Source: Balamuthia mandrillaris (taxonomy: Eukaryota). Taken from it: a stretch of 64,000 bases of DNA. The notes beneath the pieces were generated by a model. That model did no database searches. It was not told the DNA's origin and saw only the letters and a program-made list of their open reading frames with translations. This document shows, piece by piece, positions 34,902 to 45,328 of the stretch (its first letter is position 1; each line of letters starts with the position of its first letter). The translations under genes and the position numbers were made by a program. The stretch covers positions 62,001 to 126,000 of the forward strand of contig JAVKOQ020000098.1 in NCBI GenBank assembly GCA_031835245.2, in the 5' to 3' direction.

Positions 34902-36627
34902 ATGGCTCTGTTTATCGGTATGTACAATCAAACCTTCAATTATTTTCTTTACGTTTTATTTTATTTGTGAGGGAGGCCATCAAAGATTTTTTTGTGGCTA
35001 CTAATTTCACAGTGGGAGTTTTTAAAATTTTTATTTTGATCTTTCCATATCAATTGATGGTCTTTTTTTGTTTATTTATGTATCCTGTTTTGTCCGTTGC
35101 CCCTCGTTGCTTCCCCTTTTTTTGCCTTTGTGCCTCCATTCCACTGTGTGTGCCTTTGTTGCCTTATTGCTGTGTGCCCCCGCGCTGCTCTTTTCCCTCC
35201 CTTCCATATTCCCGCCAATCGTGACCCACACAACAACCTCTGCCTCTTGCTGCACGGTGCGCCCGCTGCCTGCTACTTGATGGCTTTGTTGTATTTTGCA
35301 TTTTCTTTGCCGCCGCCAAACCCTTGGTGCTCCCTTCCACACTCAAAATTTTCTGGATTCCATGATTGGCTCGTTTTTCCCTTACCTTTTTTTCCCTTCA
35401 CTCTTTTTTTTCATCTCTGATGACAAAAGAACTCACCTCGTAGCCATCAGAGCTTCCTTTTTTATTTTTTTGTTGATTTTGGTCTATTCTGTTTGCGGCA
35501 AACAAGAATAAGTTCCAAAACCAAAAGAAAAAATGTGAACAAACCATCCCGACCTTGACCCTGACTCCTGCTCTCGCCTTCCATTCTTGGCTTCCTTCTC
35601 TCCTCTCAGGACGTTTGCCTAGCGATGCCAGGCCTCGTGATCTCGAGGACCTCTTCTACAAGTATGGTCGTATCACCCGCTGCGACGTAAAGGTCGGCTA
35701 CGGCTTTGTGGAATATGAAGACAAGAGAGACGCCGAAGATGCGCTTCGCGACTTGGATGGTATGTATTCTGTTCTCTTCTTCATCTCTGTTCATTCTCTT
35801 CTCGAAACTCTGATGATTATGCAATTAGTCTACAACATTCACAAATTGTTGACGAAATCTTTCGCCCCTAAATGAAGCCTTTGCTCCTTTATTTTCTTTA
35901 TGTTTCTTTTTTTTATTTGTTCCTCTTGTTTAACATCATTTTGTCATTGCATGCAGGCGCTAACTTGTTGGGCCGAAGAATCGCCGTAGAATGGGCCAAA
36001 GGCACCAAACGTGGTGGCCGCGGTATGTTATCTTTTTCTTTTGCGTTTGAAATAAAGAAACTAAATAAAAAAACTATAAAAGCAGACAATGATACTTGCT
36101 TCCGATGTGGAGAACCAGGCCACTGGGCTCGTGACTGCACCAATCCTCCATCTGAGCGTGGTCGCGGCGGAGGCCGTCGCCCTTCTCCTCGTTACCGATC
36201 CCGTTCTCGCTCCCGTTCTCGCAGCCGTTCTCCTCGTGGCGGCCGTGGAGGCCGTGGCGGTAGGCACAGCCGACACAGTCGCAGCCCCGACCGCCGCAGG
36301 AGATACTCTCGGTCCAGGTCTCGATCGCACAGCCCTGCTCCTTCTCGCTCCTCCCGAAGGGAGAGATCCCGCGAGAGGTCTCCCAGAAAGAGATCTCGAT
36401 CCCCCTCTCCTGCTCCCGGCGATAGGGATAGATCTCGCTCTCCCTCTGGCTCGAGGTCTCCCTCTCCGCGCTCTCCCGAAGGCAAGAAACGAAGAAGGGG
36501 TGATGACGAGCGTTCTCCTAGCCCTGCACCTGCCGGTGGCGGTGCTGCGGAAGAAGGAGAGCAGCAGGAGGAGCAGGAGGCTAGAGACCAGGACAATGCC
36601 AGACGCGAGGAAGAGGAAGAGGATTAA
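34902..36627 (+). CDS. SR splicing factor: RRM + CCHC zinc knuckle + RS domain (SRSF7/RSZ-like)
   Basis: Exon 1 MALFIG splices over intron 34918-35609 to [39 protein letters not shown] repeats. Confidence 0.93.
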
Positions 36628-36957
36628 ACAACTTGCAACCAACCAACGCTTTTATTCTTTTTCCGCTCTCTCGTGCGACAGAGCTCTTTCTTGCTTGCGT
36701 TTTGTAAAGATGAATTGGGGGACACAAACTGTGCGCCCCACAAAAATAACAGACGATTATCACTACCAAGGTTACCACGCCTTCCACTGTCCCTTGTGCT
36801 GAATGCCATGTTCCCGCTTCAGGTCAGCTGTCCACCCACACCACCCCTTTTGCGGCAAAAGAAGGCAATCGCCAATGCCTGTGTCGACAAGTAATTTAAA
36901 ACAAGCAGCAGGCCACCAGAAAAGTGTAGCAAGGGTGGTGGTGTTGGTGGTGGTTGA

Positions 36958-37250
36958 ATGGAAGGCCTATGGCTGAAAGGTGGAGAAAGTGGCAGTGGAG
37001 GAGGAGGAGGGGATGACACGAAACCCACCGAGCTGGAGCGGATATGCCTCTACGTTCTGATTGCTCTCTTCTCTGTGGGCTTTTTGCTGAGCATTGGCTC
37101 TGTGGTTTGGGTCTTGCTGAGGAGGCGTTCCTGGAACCTCATGAAGATCGTTCTCATCTTGCTGCCTATTCCTTTGTTAGGTTAGTTTCGTTATCCCCTG
37201 CCCCTATGGAAGAACGAAATGGTTTTTGCTTTCAAGTCCCTTTGTTTACC

Positions 37251-37297
<47 letters not shown>

Positions 37298-38306
37298 GAA
37301 CAACAGCAAGAGACTTGGACATGATCATTCACGTGCACACCAATTATTTAGGCCAGCCTCTTCGCCAGCAAGCACCCCTCTCCATCTTTCTTGGCGGCCT
37401 TCCGAACTATATCTTCTTTTCTGTCTTTATCCTTTTGGTCCTATTTTGGTATTTTCTTGTTCTGCGCTTCTCTCCTCTCTCTCTCTCTCTCTGTGATTCT
37501 CTCTCCTCTATTCTCTTGCTGCTTTCTCTCCTCATTTTCCTTCTTATCTGTTTCTGTCTTGCTATTGCGTTCTCACCTTTTTTTTTTCTGAAACTAGGAG
37601 CATAGCCTACCACAGAGCTCATGACCGGACGCCAACCTTTGTTCGCAAGATGACGATAGCCTACCTCCTACTCAACGCGGTAGTCTATGCAGTATGGGTT
37701 CTTCTCCTCTCGCTGATGTTCTCCTTCCATTCCCACCACGAGAATCACAAGTTGACCATCCTGCACAACACAGAGGCAGTCTACTCCTCCTCACTGTGCT
37801 TCTTGGCCATGTTGTCCTTCCTTCTCTATGGCTACCGCATCTACCGAAAGTTGAGAGACTTGCCTCTCATCTCCTCCTCTCGCATGAAGCTCTGCAAGTT
37901 GGTGGGCGTGTTGACGCTCTTCCTTTCCCTGGTCTTTGGTTGCAAGTTTGTGATCATCCTGGTAGACATCTTTGTCATAGATGACAGCATGCACCTCATC
38001 AACACCCTCTGCTTCATCGCCAACCAGGTCTTCTTCGAGTTGACCCCTGCCATGGCCATTCTTTCCATCTTCTGGATCGCTGCTCGTTCTTCTCCTTCTT
38101 CCACGACTAACATCTACGAGGCCGAGACAGCCGGTCTTCGCTCTTCCTCCTTCCACAACGGATTCTCCTCCTTCTCGCCAACCACTCCTTTGATGCACAA
38201 GGCCATCATCAACGCAAGCTACCATTCCGCCGGCAGCAGTGGTTTGGAATCCTCCTCTCCATCCTCTTCATCCTTCGCACGCTATTCTTCCTCCACGCAG
38301 CGCTGA
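36958..38306 (+). CDS. TOM1/TOM3/THH1 (DUF1084)-like multipass membrane protein
   Basis: About 7 TM segments; LPNYIFFSVFILLVLFW, NAVVYAVW, FLLYGYRIYRKLRDLPL, FELTPAMAIL. Confidence 0.82.
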
Positions 38307-38430
38307 GAATTTTTTTTCCGTTCCGTTGAAAAAAAATTGTTCTCTATCGAAATTGTAACAATAATGCCGAATTATTATCAAAAATTCCGAAAAGAAAAAG
38401 AAAATCTGAAAATTGGAAAGAAAAAAAAGC

Positions 38431-40089
38431 TCATAGACCGCCGACGACCGCGTGAGCAATCACGTAGATCTCTCCCGTGAAACCCGCAGCCACGACGGGG
38501 TTGCCGCTGTACGGATACTGACCAGGAGCCACGGTGGGATTGCCTGCGTTGTTCGTTGGAACGAAGTCATTTCCAATGTAGACGTGAGTCTCCTCCAAAG
38601 TGTACTGAGGCTCCAATGAGTAGGTCACCGTCACTGTACCGGTCATGCCGTATGTGACGGTGACTTCGCCTACATCCACGCCTGCTGTTTGGTCGCACTG
38701 ACCGGCGGCAGCCCAGAGGTCCATTACGTATGTGCCGTGAGTCAAGCCACCGTTGGTCCAGCCCCAGTTGTTGAAAGTAGTGTCTGGTACATCAGGGAAG
38801 CATATCGCGAAACCCTCCAAATATCCATAGGCTGTTTCCTCCCCGTCTCCGTCACCGTCACCGTCACCATCCCCGTCACCGTCACCGTCACCGTCTCCAT
38901 CACCGTCACCGTCACCATCCCCGTCTCCATCACCATCCCCATCACCATCCCCATCTCCATCACCGTCACCGTCACCATCTCCGTCTCCATCACCGTCTCC
39001 ATCTCCATCTCCATCTCCGTCTCCATCGCCGTCTCCATCTCCATCGCCATCACCATCTCCATCTCCATCTCCATCTCCGTCCCCATCACCATCCCCATCA
39101 CCATCTCCGTCTCCATCACCGTCTCCATCACCGTCTCCATCTCCATCTCCACCTCCGTCTCCATCGCCATCACCGTATCCATCGCCATCACCATCCCCGT
39201 CTCCATCTCCATCTCCGTATCCATCGCCATCACCGTCTCCGTCTCCATCACCATCACCGTATCCATCTCCGTCTCCGTCTCCATCTCCATCTCCGTCTCC
39301 ATCTCCATCACCGTCTCCATCTCCATCACCATCACCGTATCCATCTCCATCTCCGTCTCCATCGCCATCACCGTCTCCGTCTCCATCACCATATCCATCA
39401 CCGTCTCCATCTCCATCACCGTCGCCGTATCCGTCCCCATCACCGTATCCGTCTCCGTCGCCATCGCCATATCCATCATTACCATCATGATAGCCGTCAC
39501 CATCATGTCCATAGTAACCATCATCATAGTATCCGCCATCACTAGCACAACAGACGAAATGAGCGAAATAAGAGGCCTCGCTGCCGCACACAATGGAATT
39601 ACCGTACGCCCAAACATCTTCCGCATCGACCACCTTATATTCGCTGTTTATCTTGACTACCTCCGCATGAGCCGCGATGATCACTGACTGTCCACATCCC
39701 CTTCTGATGTCGTCCAGCTCTATCTTCGCAGAGTAAGTTCTACCTTTGACACCCAGAACTGCCTTGTAGGAGAAGCCTTTGAGGTTGGCGCCTCCATAGG
39801 CGTTTCTTGGAAGGTAACGGATGGAGCTGGTAGCGTGTAGGTGGATCTCGGAAAGGAACCACTCCGTGCTGGTGTGGTACTTGATGTAGAGATACTTCTC
39901 GTCGTTTTGAACGGAGAGGATGCCAGCGATGGAGCCGTCTCCGGCAATCAGCTTTCTCGAGGCGCACGAAGAACAGCGTTGTTGTAGTTGATACGCATTG
40001 CTGGCCACCGCAGAAGTGGCAAGCATGAATGCACAAACCAGTGCCAGTATGCCGACCAGTGGCAGTGGTCGTCCGATGCTAAAAGTCAT
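38431..40089 (-). CDS. Secreted protein: two related beta-rich domains flanking a long Gly-Asp repeat (intronless)
   Basis: Signal peptide; domain 1 LSEIHLHA...PRNAYG...IAAHAEV; (GD)n with interspersed GY; domain 2 LEETHVYIG...PTNNAGNP...IAHAVV. Confidence 0.85.
   Translation of the reverse strand: MTFSIGRPLPLVGILALVCAFMLATSAVASNAYQLQQRCSSCASRKLIAGDGSIAGILSVQNDEKYLYIKYHTSTEWFLSEIHLHATSSIRYLPRNAYGGANLKGFSYKAVLGVKGRTYSAKIELDDIRRGCGQSVIIAAHAEVVKINSEYKVVDAEDVWAYGNSIVCGSEASYFAHFVCCASDGGYYDDGYYGHDGDGYHDGNDGYGDGDGDGYGDGDGYGDGDGDGDGDGYGDGDGDGDGDGDGDGDGYGDGDGDGDGDGDGDGDGDGDGDGDGYGDGDGDGDGDGDGYGDGDGDGDGDGDGYGDGDGDGGGDGDGDGDGDGDGDGDGDGDGDGDGDGDGDGDGDGDGDGDGDGDGDGDGDGDGDGDGDGDGDGDGDGDGDGDGDGDGDGDGDGDGDGDGDGDGDGDGDGDGDGEETAYGYLEGFAICFPDVPDTTFNNWGWTNGGLTHGTYVMDLWAAAGQCDQTAGVDVGEVTVTYGMTGTVTVTYSLEPQYTLEETHVYIGNDFVPTNNAGNPTVAPGQYPYSGNPVVAAGFTGEIYVIAHAVVGGL
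38841..39470 (-). repeat. Coding (Gly-Asp)n repeat
   Basis: GGN GAY hexamers with mixed synonymous codons. Confidence 0.95.
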
Positions 40090-41177
40090 TGTTCGTTGTG
40101 TTGTCGGTTTGTTTTGCCAATGCGAAGGAAAGAAAGTGACACACTCTCCTACTTATAGTTTACTAGAAAATGATCACTCAAGTTAATTGTCATCTTTTAA
40201 TATAGAAACTTCGCTGGTTCACAGTCCTATTTTGCACCGTTGCGATAAAGTTTCTCTTATCGAAGGTAAAAACAAGTTGGTTCTTTGAAAACCAGGCGAC
40301 GAGAGCGTCTAACTTGCAACGCATTCAAAAAAACTTAGGCAACGGAGAAAAGGTAGGGAAGCGACACCGAAATAACAACGCAAAAAGGGAACTATGATAC
40401 AAACTCATCATTTAATCACAGTAGATGAAAACAAACAACTTCGCATCGTTAGCCGAAGAGGACGCTACGATAGGTCGTGAGAGATAAGAGGAGCAACGAC
40501 TCAACCCTCTGTAAGAGAATCTGGCATATCAGGATGAAACGCTCCCGATAAAGAGCCGGCTAGATGAAAGATTTCATCTGAAAACACGCCCCAAAGGAAA
40601 AAGAGAGGACGCATCAACAGCGCCATTGGTATCGGACTCACCTCCGATAGGTACCACCCACCCAATCCGTGCTTCTGATAGATGAATCGATAAAAGTGGT
40701 GAGAGGCAACAGCGGCGATGCACGCAAAACCCGGTTGGGCTCAACCTCAAACGGCCAGGAAGGAAGCCACTCTGGTACTTCGGGAAGTCCATCTTGGGGG
40801 CTCCAATTAGGCTACGAAGAGCAAAACACACAGTAACCCGCTCTGTTCTTGTCATCTCTACAAGGGGATAAAAAACTTGGAGTGATTCTATGGTCCAAAC
40901 CATAGAAGGAATGGCATATAAATTGCTAAACAACGAAAAGACTGAAGACCCATAAGAAGCAGATGAAGGGTAACCCCAAGTAAAGGGATCTAAGCATTCA
41001 AATCCTTCCGCTTCATCATGTTTCCGTTTTAAGATAGGACACACACGTGACTTTGGATTTGGTTACCACATTCCTAGGATATCTAGCATTCCAACCAATT
41101 TTAAAATAAAATAAGTGAATCCAAAAAAAAAAAAAGGAAGAGAGGAGCGAAACAAACAAACAAACAAAAGTGGAGAG

Positions 41178-42523
41178 ATGGATCCTGCCCTTCACCTTCC
41201 TCCCGAGATTCTTCTTCAAGTCGTATCCCATTTAGATGCAGAGGACGCCATTGCTCTCTCTATGGTTCGTAAATACACCTCTCTTTGTTTTGTTTTATTT
41301 TTATTTTATTTAGAACAAAAACCGCCCACCACCATAGACCAACACCACTTGGCAAGAATTGCTGGAGGATTGCAGGCTCTGGCAGAGCTTTCTCCGCAGA
41401 GACGTCGGCGTATGCGTCCTCCTCGAGCAGGCGCCCTTTCTCCGCCTGGAGAACGAGTACCGCCACCTCTCCTCCGCGGAGCGCGACCAGCAGGCCCTCC
41501 TCATGAGGGAGCGGCTGGAAAAGACGCGCGGCTGCTCCCCTCCCACCACCAAGGCCTTCCACATGAAGGAGCACTACTTTGGCCTGCGCTCCAAGCGGGA
41601 GGACCTCCTGCCCTCCTATCACCAACCAAAGGAGGAGGGCCTGTTGGGCTGCCCTCACTACATACGTAATGCCAAGATGTATGCCGCTTGCTGCGGTCGT
41701 TTCTATGTCTGTCGCCATTGTCACAACGAGTCCGTTCGTGCGAAAAGGCACACTATCGATAGGTAACCTTTATTATTATTATTATTATTTTTTTGGTTTT
41801 TTTTTCATCGTTAAAAACTTATAATGGCAAATACACACACAGATACTCTGTTCAAGTTGTGGTACGTTTCCAGGCATTGTTCTTGTTGTGAAGCTTTAGC
41901 TGCTGTTGTTTGTTGTTTTCTCCTCCTCGTTTCCGTCTGGTCCTATGATGTCTCCTTATTTGTTTGTTTGTGTTTTAAATACGTTTAATATGCAGTTATG
42001 CATGGTGTGCAACTATGTGCAACCGGTCGGAAAGTATTGCAACTCTCCTGTTTGTAACGGCCGGGCCTTAGGAGAGTACGTCTCTATTTTTATTTCTCGG
42101 CATCTTGTTCTCTCTCTCTCTCTCTCTCTCTCTCCCTCTCCCTCTCTTTCGCTCGCTCTTCTCTCATGTGACTTATCTTCTTTGTGGTGGATTGCACAAA
42201 GGTATTACTGCGACATCTGCAAGTTCTGGGAGACAAACGACAAGAAGGAAAAGTACCACTGCGCGCCCTGCAACGTGTGCAAGCTCGCCAGCCACCCATC
42301 CCTCATCCACTGCACCACCTGCCACGGCGACATTGCCCGCCTGGCCACTTCTCACAGCTGTACGCCGTCGCGGCCTTCTTTCGTGGATTCTGCGCGACCG
42401 ACTTGCTTCCTGACTCGTCCGTTTGGTTCTGCCTGCCCTCCCACTCCTCCTTCTTCTGGCAGCAGCGAGGTCAAAGAGGAGGACAGGGAGGAGGATGAAG
42501 ATGGTGCACTTCTTTGGCAGTAA
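41178..42523 (+). CDS. F-box + CHY-type zinc-finger protein, copy 1 (multi-exon)
   Basis: LPPEILLQVVSHLDAED (F-box); GCPHYIRNAKMYAACCGRFYVCRHCHNE, CMVC..VQP, YYCDICKFW, YHCAPCNVCK; no RING before the stop. Confidence 0.88.
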
Positions 42524-42838
42524 ACAAATCCTCGAACGTTTTCATTGAAAACTTTTCAACACAAAAAGAACAGAAAGAAAGGAGAAAGAAAGAAAGATCC
42601 CCTATCCGTGAGGCTGCGTGAGAAAAATTCTACGCATTCATTTGCTTCCTCTCCTTTATTAATTTTCGAAGAAATAGGCGACGGAAACGTCGTTGTTATT
42701 CCCCTTTTAAAAGGACTGACAACGGAATGTGGCAATTAACTGTGCCGTAGGACCACACTTGAAAGGGGGCGTGGTAAACACTTCACAAAGCAGAAACGGG
42801 GCAGAGGAACGGAACAAACACCACGAACTTTGGAGAAG

Positions 42839-43798
42839 ATGGGCTGCAAAGAGCATTACCACTGCTTGGTGAGAAACCTGTTCAGCTGCAACGTGCTGGG
42901 TGGGATTCTTCTTTGGCTGACGGTGCTCGTGCTGGTAGCAGCCCTGGGGACGCCCTGGTATGAGCTCCACTACGAGCAGGAGTTTCACGGAGGGCTCACG
43001 CATGACTACCTGAACTGCTCCTTCACCATGTACTACTGGTGGAACTCGGTGGTGACGTACAGTGACTCACAATTCTCCAACGAGCATAATAGCACCTGCG
43101 AGCGATGGACCCGGAACGCCCCTATGACGGACTCCTCCGGCTTTTGGGGCAGCAACCATTACGAGGAGCTGACCATAGTCTTTGCCGTAACCTTCTCCCT
43201 GGTGATGCTCAGCTTGGTGACCCTCTTCCTGGCTGCCTGCCTGTTCAGCGTTCAGTGCTGCTGTCTGGCTCCTGCAGCCAGCAAAGGACTCGCGGCAATG
43301 AGAATGATGACGAGGAGGCAGCAGAGCCACAGACAACAACCGCAAGAAGCCTGGAACCCGCCGCTGTCCTTCGCGATGCTGCTGTTCTGGTTGGTGCTGT
43401 CAGGGCTACCGTTGATGAGCGCTGCCGTGGTGTACTATGCGGGCGCCTTGCCGCACGCATTCGCGCAGGACACGGAGTGGTTCCGCTTCCAAACGGCAAG
43501 CGGCCCGTTTTACGGGATAAACAACTCGACCGGGCCGTGGGGCAACTTCTATGGCGCTGCAGGAGAGGACTCTTACTCACAGAGCAATGGCCACGTTAGC
43601 GGTTACCACGTGTTATGGGGCTGGCAGCCCCTCGGCTGGTGGTTGGCTTTGGTCAGCACCGTGCTCTACTTTGTGCTCTGCATAGTGGCCTCTTTTTGGG
43701 TGCGCAGAGCGGCTTCCTCCTCACCAAGCACCAACCCGATCGAAGAGGGGTACGCCATGCTTGCCTCGGAGGCTCCTGTCCAAGATGAAGCGAACTGA
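42839..43798 (+). CDS. Four-TM claudin/PMP22-like membrane protein (intronless)
   Basis: TM1 ending ALGTPWY, extracellular loop with two Cys and N-glycosylation sequons, last TM preceded by GWWLAL. Confidence 0.7.
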   Translation: MGCKEHYHCLVRNLFSCNVLGGILLWLTVLVLVAALGTPWYELHYEQEFHGGLTHDYLNCSFTMYYWWNSVVTYSDSQFSNEHNSTCERWTRNAPMTDSSGFWGSNHYEELTIVFAVTFSLVMLSLVTLFLAACLFSVQCCCLAPAASKGLAAMRMMTRRQQSHRQQPQEAWNPPLSFAMLLFWLVLSGLPLMSAAVVYYAGALPHAFAQDTEWFRFQTASGPFYGINNSTGPWGNFYGAAGEDSYSQSNGHVSGYHVLWGWQPLGWWLALVSTVLYFVLCIVASFWVRRAASSSPSTNPIEEGYAMLASEAPVQDEAN

Positions 43799-44174
43799 GC
43801 TGCCCCTCCCCGCCATTTCCTCTCTTCTTCTTGTCTCGTCTGTCTCTGCTGAAAAATGCTGTTGTTGGTCTTTCTTTGGAGCGTAAATAGCACCTTGGGC
43901 TGAGGAGGGCACCATAACCTCTCTGGTTCATGTTGCTTTATTTATTCGTCGGTTGTTTTTTTTTTTGCAATTATTTTGCACGTCGTCTTCCACTCCTTCC
44001 TTCCTTCCTTCCTTCCTTCCTTCCTTCCGAACTTCGGAGGCGGAGAAGCAACAACAAGAAGAAGAGAAAATAACCAAGGGAGGAGAAGGAGAAGAAACAG
44101 AAGAAGGGGTTTCAGTCCTCCAAACCCAATCGTCGTTCAGGGGGCTTGGTGAGTTACGTTACGCGCGTGCAAAA

Positions 44175-44534
44175 ATGGGGAAGGGCGAGCCGCCACTACC
44201 ACCAGGACCCTCCCCTTCGTCCCCACCAGCAGCCACCAAAACGGGTGTCCAGCAAAAGGGGGCTGGTGGGAGTCGTGGTGGTGAAGATGGGGCAAAACGG
44301 GGAGCGGTGCCGGGCGGGAAAAAGAAGGGCGGAGTGGTGGCGGTGGTGGCGGTGGCTTTGTTGGCAGCGTTGGCCGCCTACTGCCTCTCCGCTGCTTCCT
44401 CGGTGAACAAGGGCAAGGAAGAGGGGGAGCAAACGGGGTGGGCTACGCAGATCATGGGGCGAGCTGCTGGGCTGTTGGGTTTGGAGAGAGAGGCGCTTCC
44501 CACCAAAGTAAAGAACTGTGCTGTCATGGTACTT

Positions 44535-44575
<41 letters not shown>

Positions 44576-44984
44576 TCCTCCTCTGTCTCTTCCTAACCAA
44601 TCGATTGATTTTTTCCTCCCCTCGCTTGGGCTACACACAAGGTCGTGTGTGCATGACGTTTGCATCACTATGCTGAGTTTAAGAATTTTCTCGAGAGAGA
44701 TTTGCCCAACTAGTACGTCCTCTCTTTCTTCTTAAACTACTCTTTTTTGTATGCTCTCTGTTCCAATGCATGACCATGCTTTTGTTTTTTTTTTCTCCTC
44801 CCTTCGTTCTCTTCGTTCTTCTCTTTCATCGAGCAGCAAGAACGCAAGGAAACTGCGAACGTCCAAACAAAAACCGTACCTTCGCTTCTTTGCGGGAGAC
44901 GACCTCGTGGAGGAGGTGCCCATTACCGCTGACATGACCCAACAACAAATACGGGACTTGTTGCGGTCGCGGGGCATCGAATAA
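44175..44984 (+). CDS. Selenoprotein of the SELENOF(Sep15)/SELENOM family; Sec codon TGA at 44654-44656 (3 exons)
   Basis: Exons 44175-44528, 44642-44712, 44837-44984 give ...CAVMVVCA(U)RLHHYAEFKNFLERDLPNYKN...KPYLRFF...EEVPITADMTQQQIRDLLRSRGIE*; SECIS downstream. Confidence 0.88.
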
Positions 44985-45012
44985 CTTCTCTTCACGGTGG
45001 CCAAAATAAAGC

Positions 45013-45096
45013 GAGGAGAGCCACCAAATGAAGCAAGCCTCAGAAACACCTTTGCTACTGCTGGTGATGAGCCTTTGCTGACTGTGCTCTTTTCTC
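45013..45096 (+). promoter_or_regulatory. Type II SECIS element in the 3' UTR of the selenoprotein
   Basis: ATGA 45028-45031 ... TGAC 45079-45082 quartet; AGCAAGCCTCA / TGAGCCTTTGCT stem; unpaired AAA 45044-45046, 12 nt after ATGA; CACC/GGTG mini-stem; GAGAGC/GCTCTT lower stem. Confidence 0.85.
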
Positions 45097-45328
45097 TCTG
45101 TTGTCATGTAAACTCTCTTTATCCTCTTGCCTGCTCTCTCATTTCTCTTGTGTGCGAACGTTCTTCCAGAGACAGACCTGCCGCAGAATGCAAGTCGACA
45201 TAAATAAATGAATGTCGACAATATCTCTGAAAGCAGACATAAGAATTTCAGAAATTTGATGGTCGACAAAATATTGAATAAAAAAATTCCAAGAAACGAA
45301 AACGCGAAAATAAAGCACAAAGGCAAGG

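Noticed and set aside
38689..39687. Antisense (I/V-S/T)n ORF and alternative-frame (ME/MV)n ORF
   Set aside because: Shadows of the Gly-Asp repeat; only the GD frame has a signal peptide and flanking domains.
40574..41044. 156-aa minus-strand ORF in a 1-kb intergenic region
   Set aside because: No ATG start or recognisable motifs; cannot be supported without a search.
43953..44735. 260-aa ORF-track call for the selenoprotein locus
   Set aside because: Reads through intron 1 in the wrong frame; the spliced UGA-containing model fits the family and has a SECIS.
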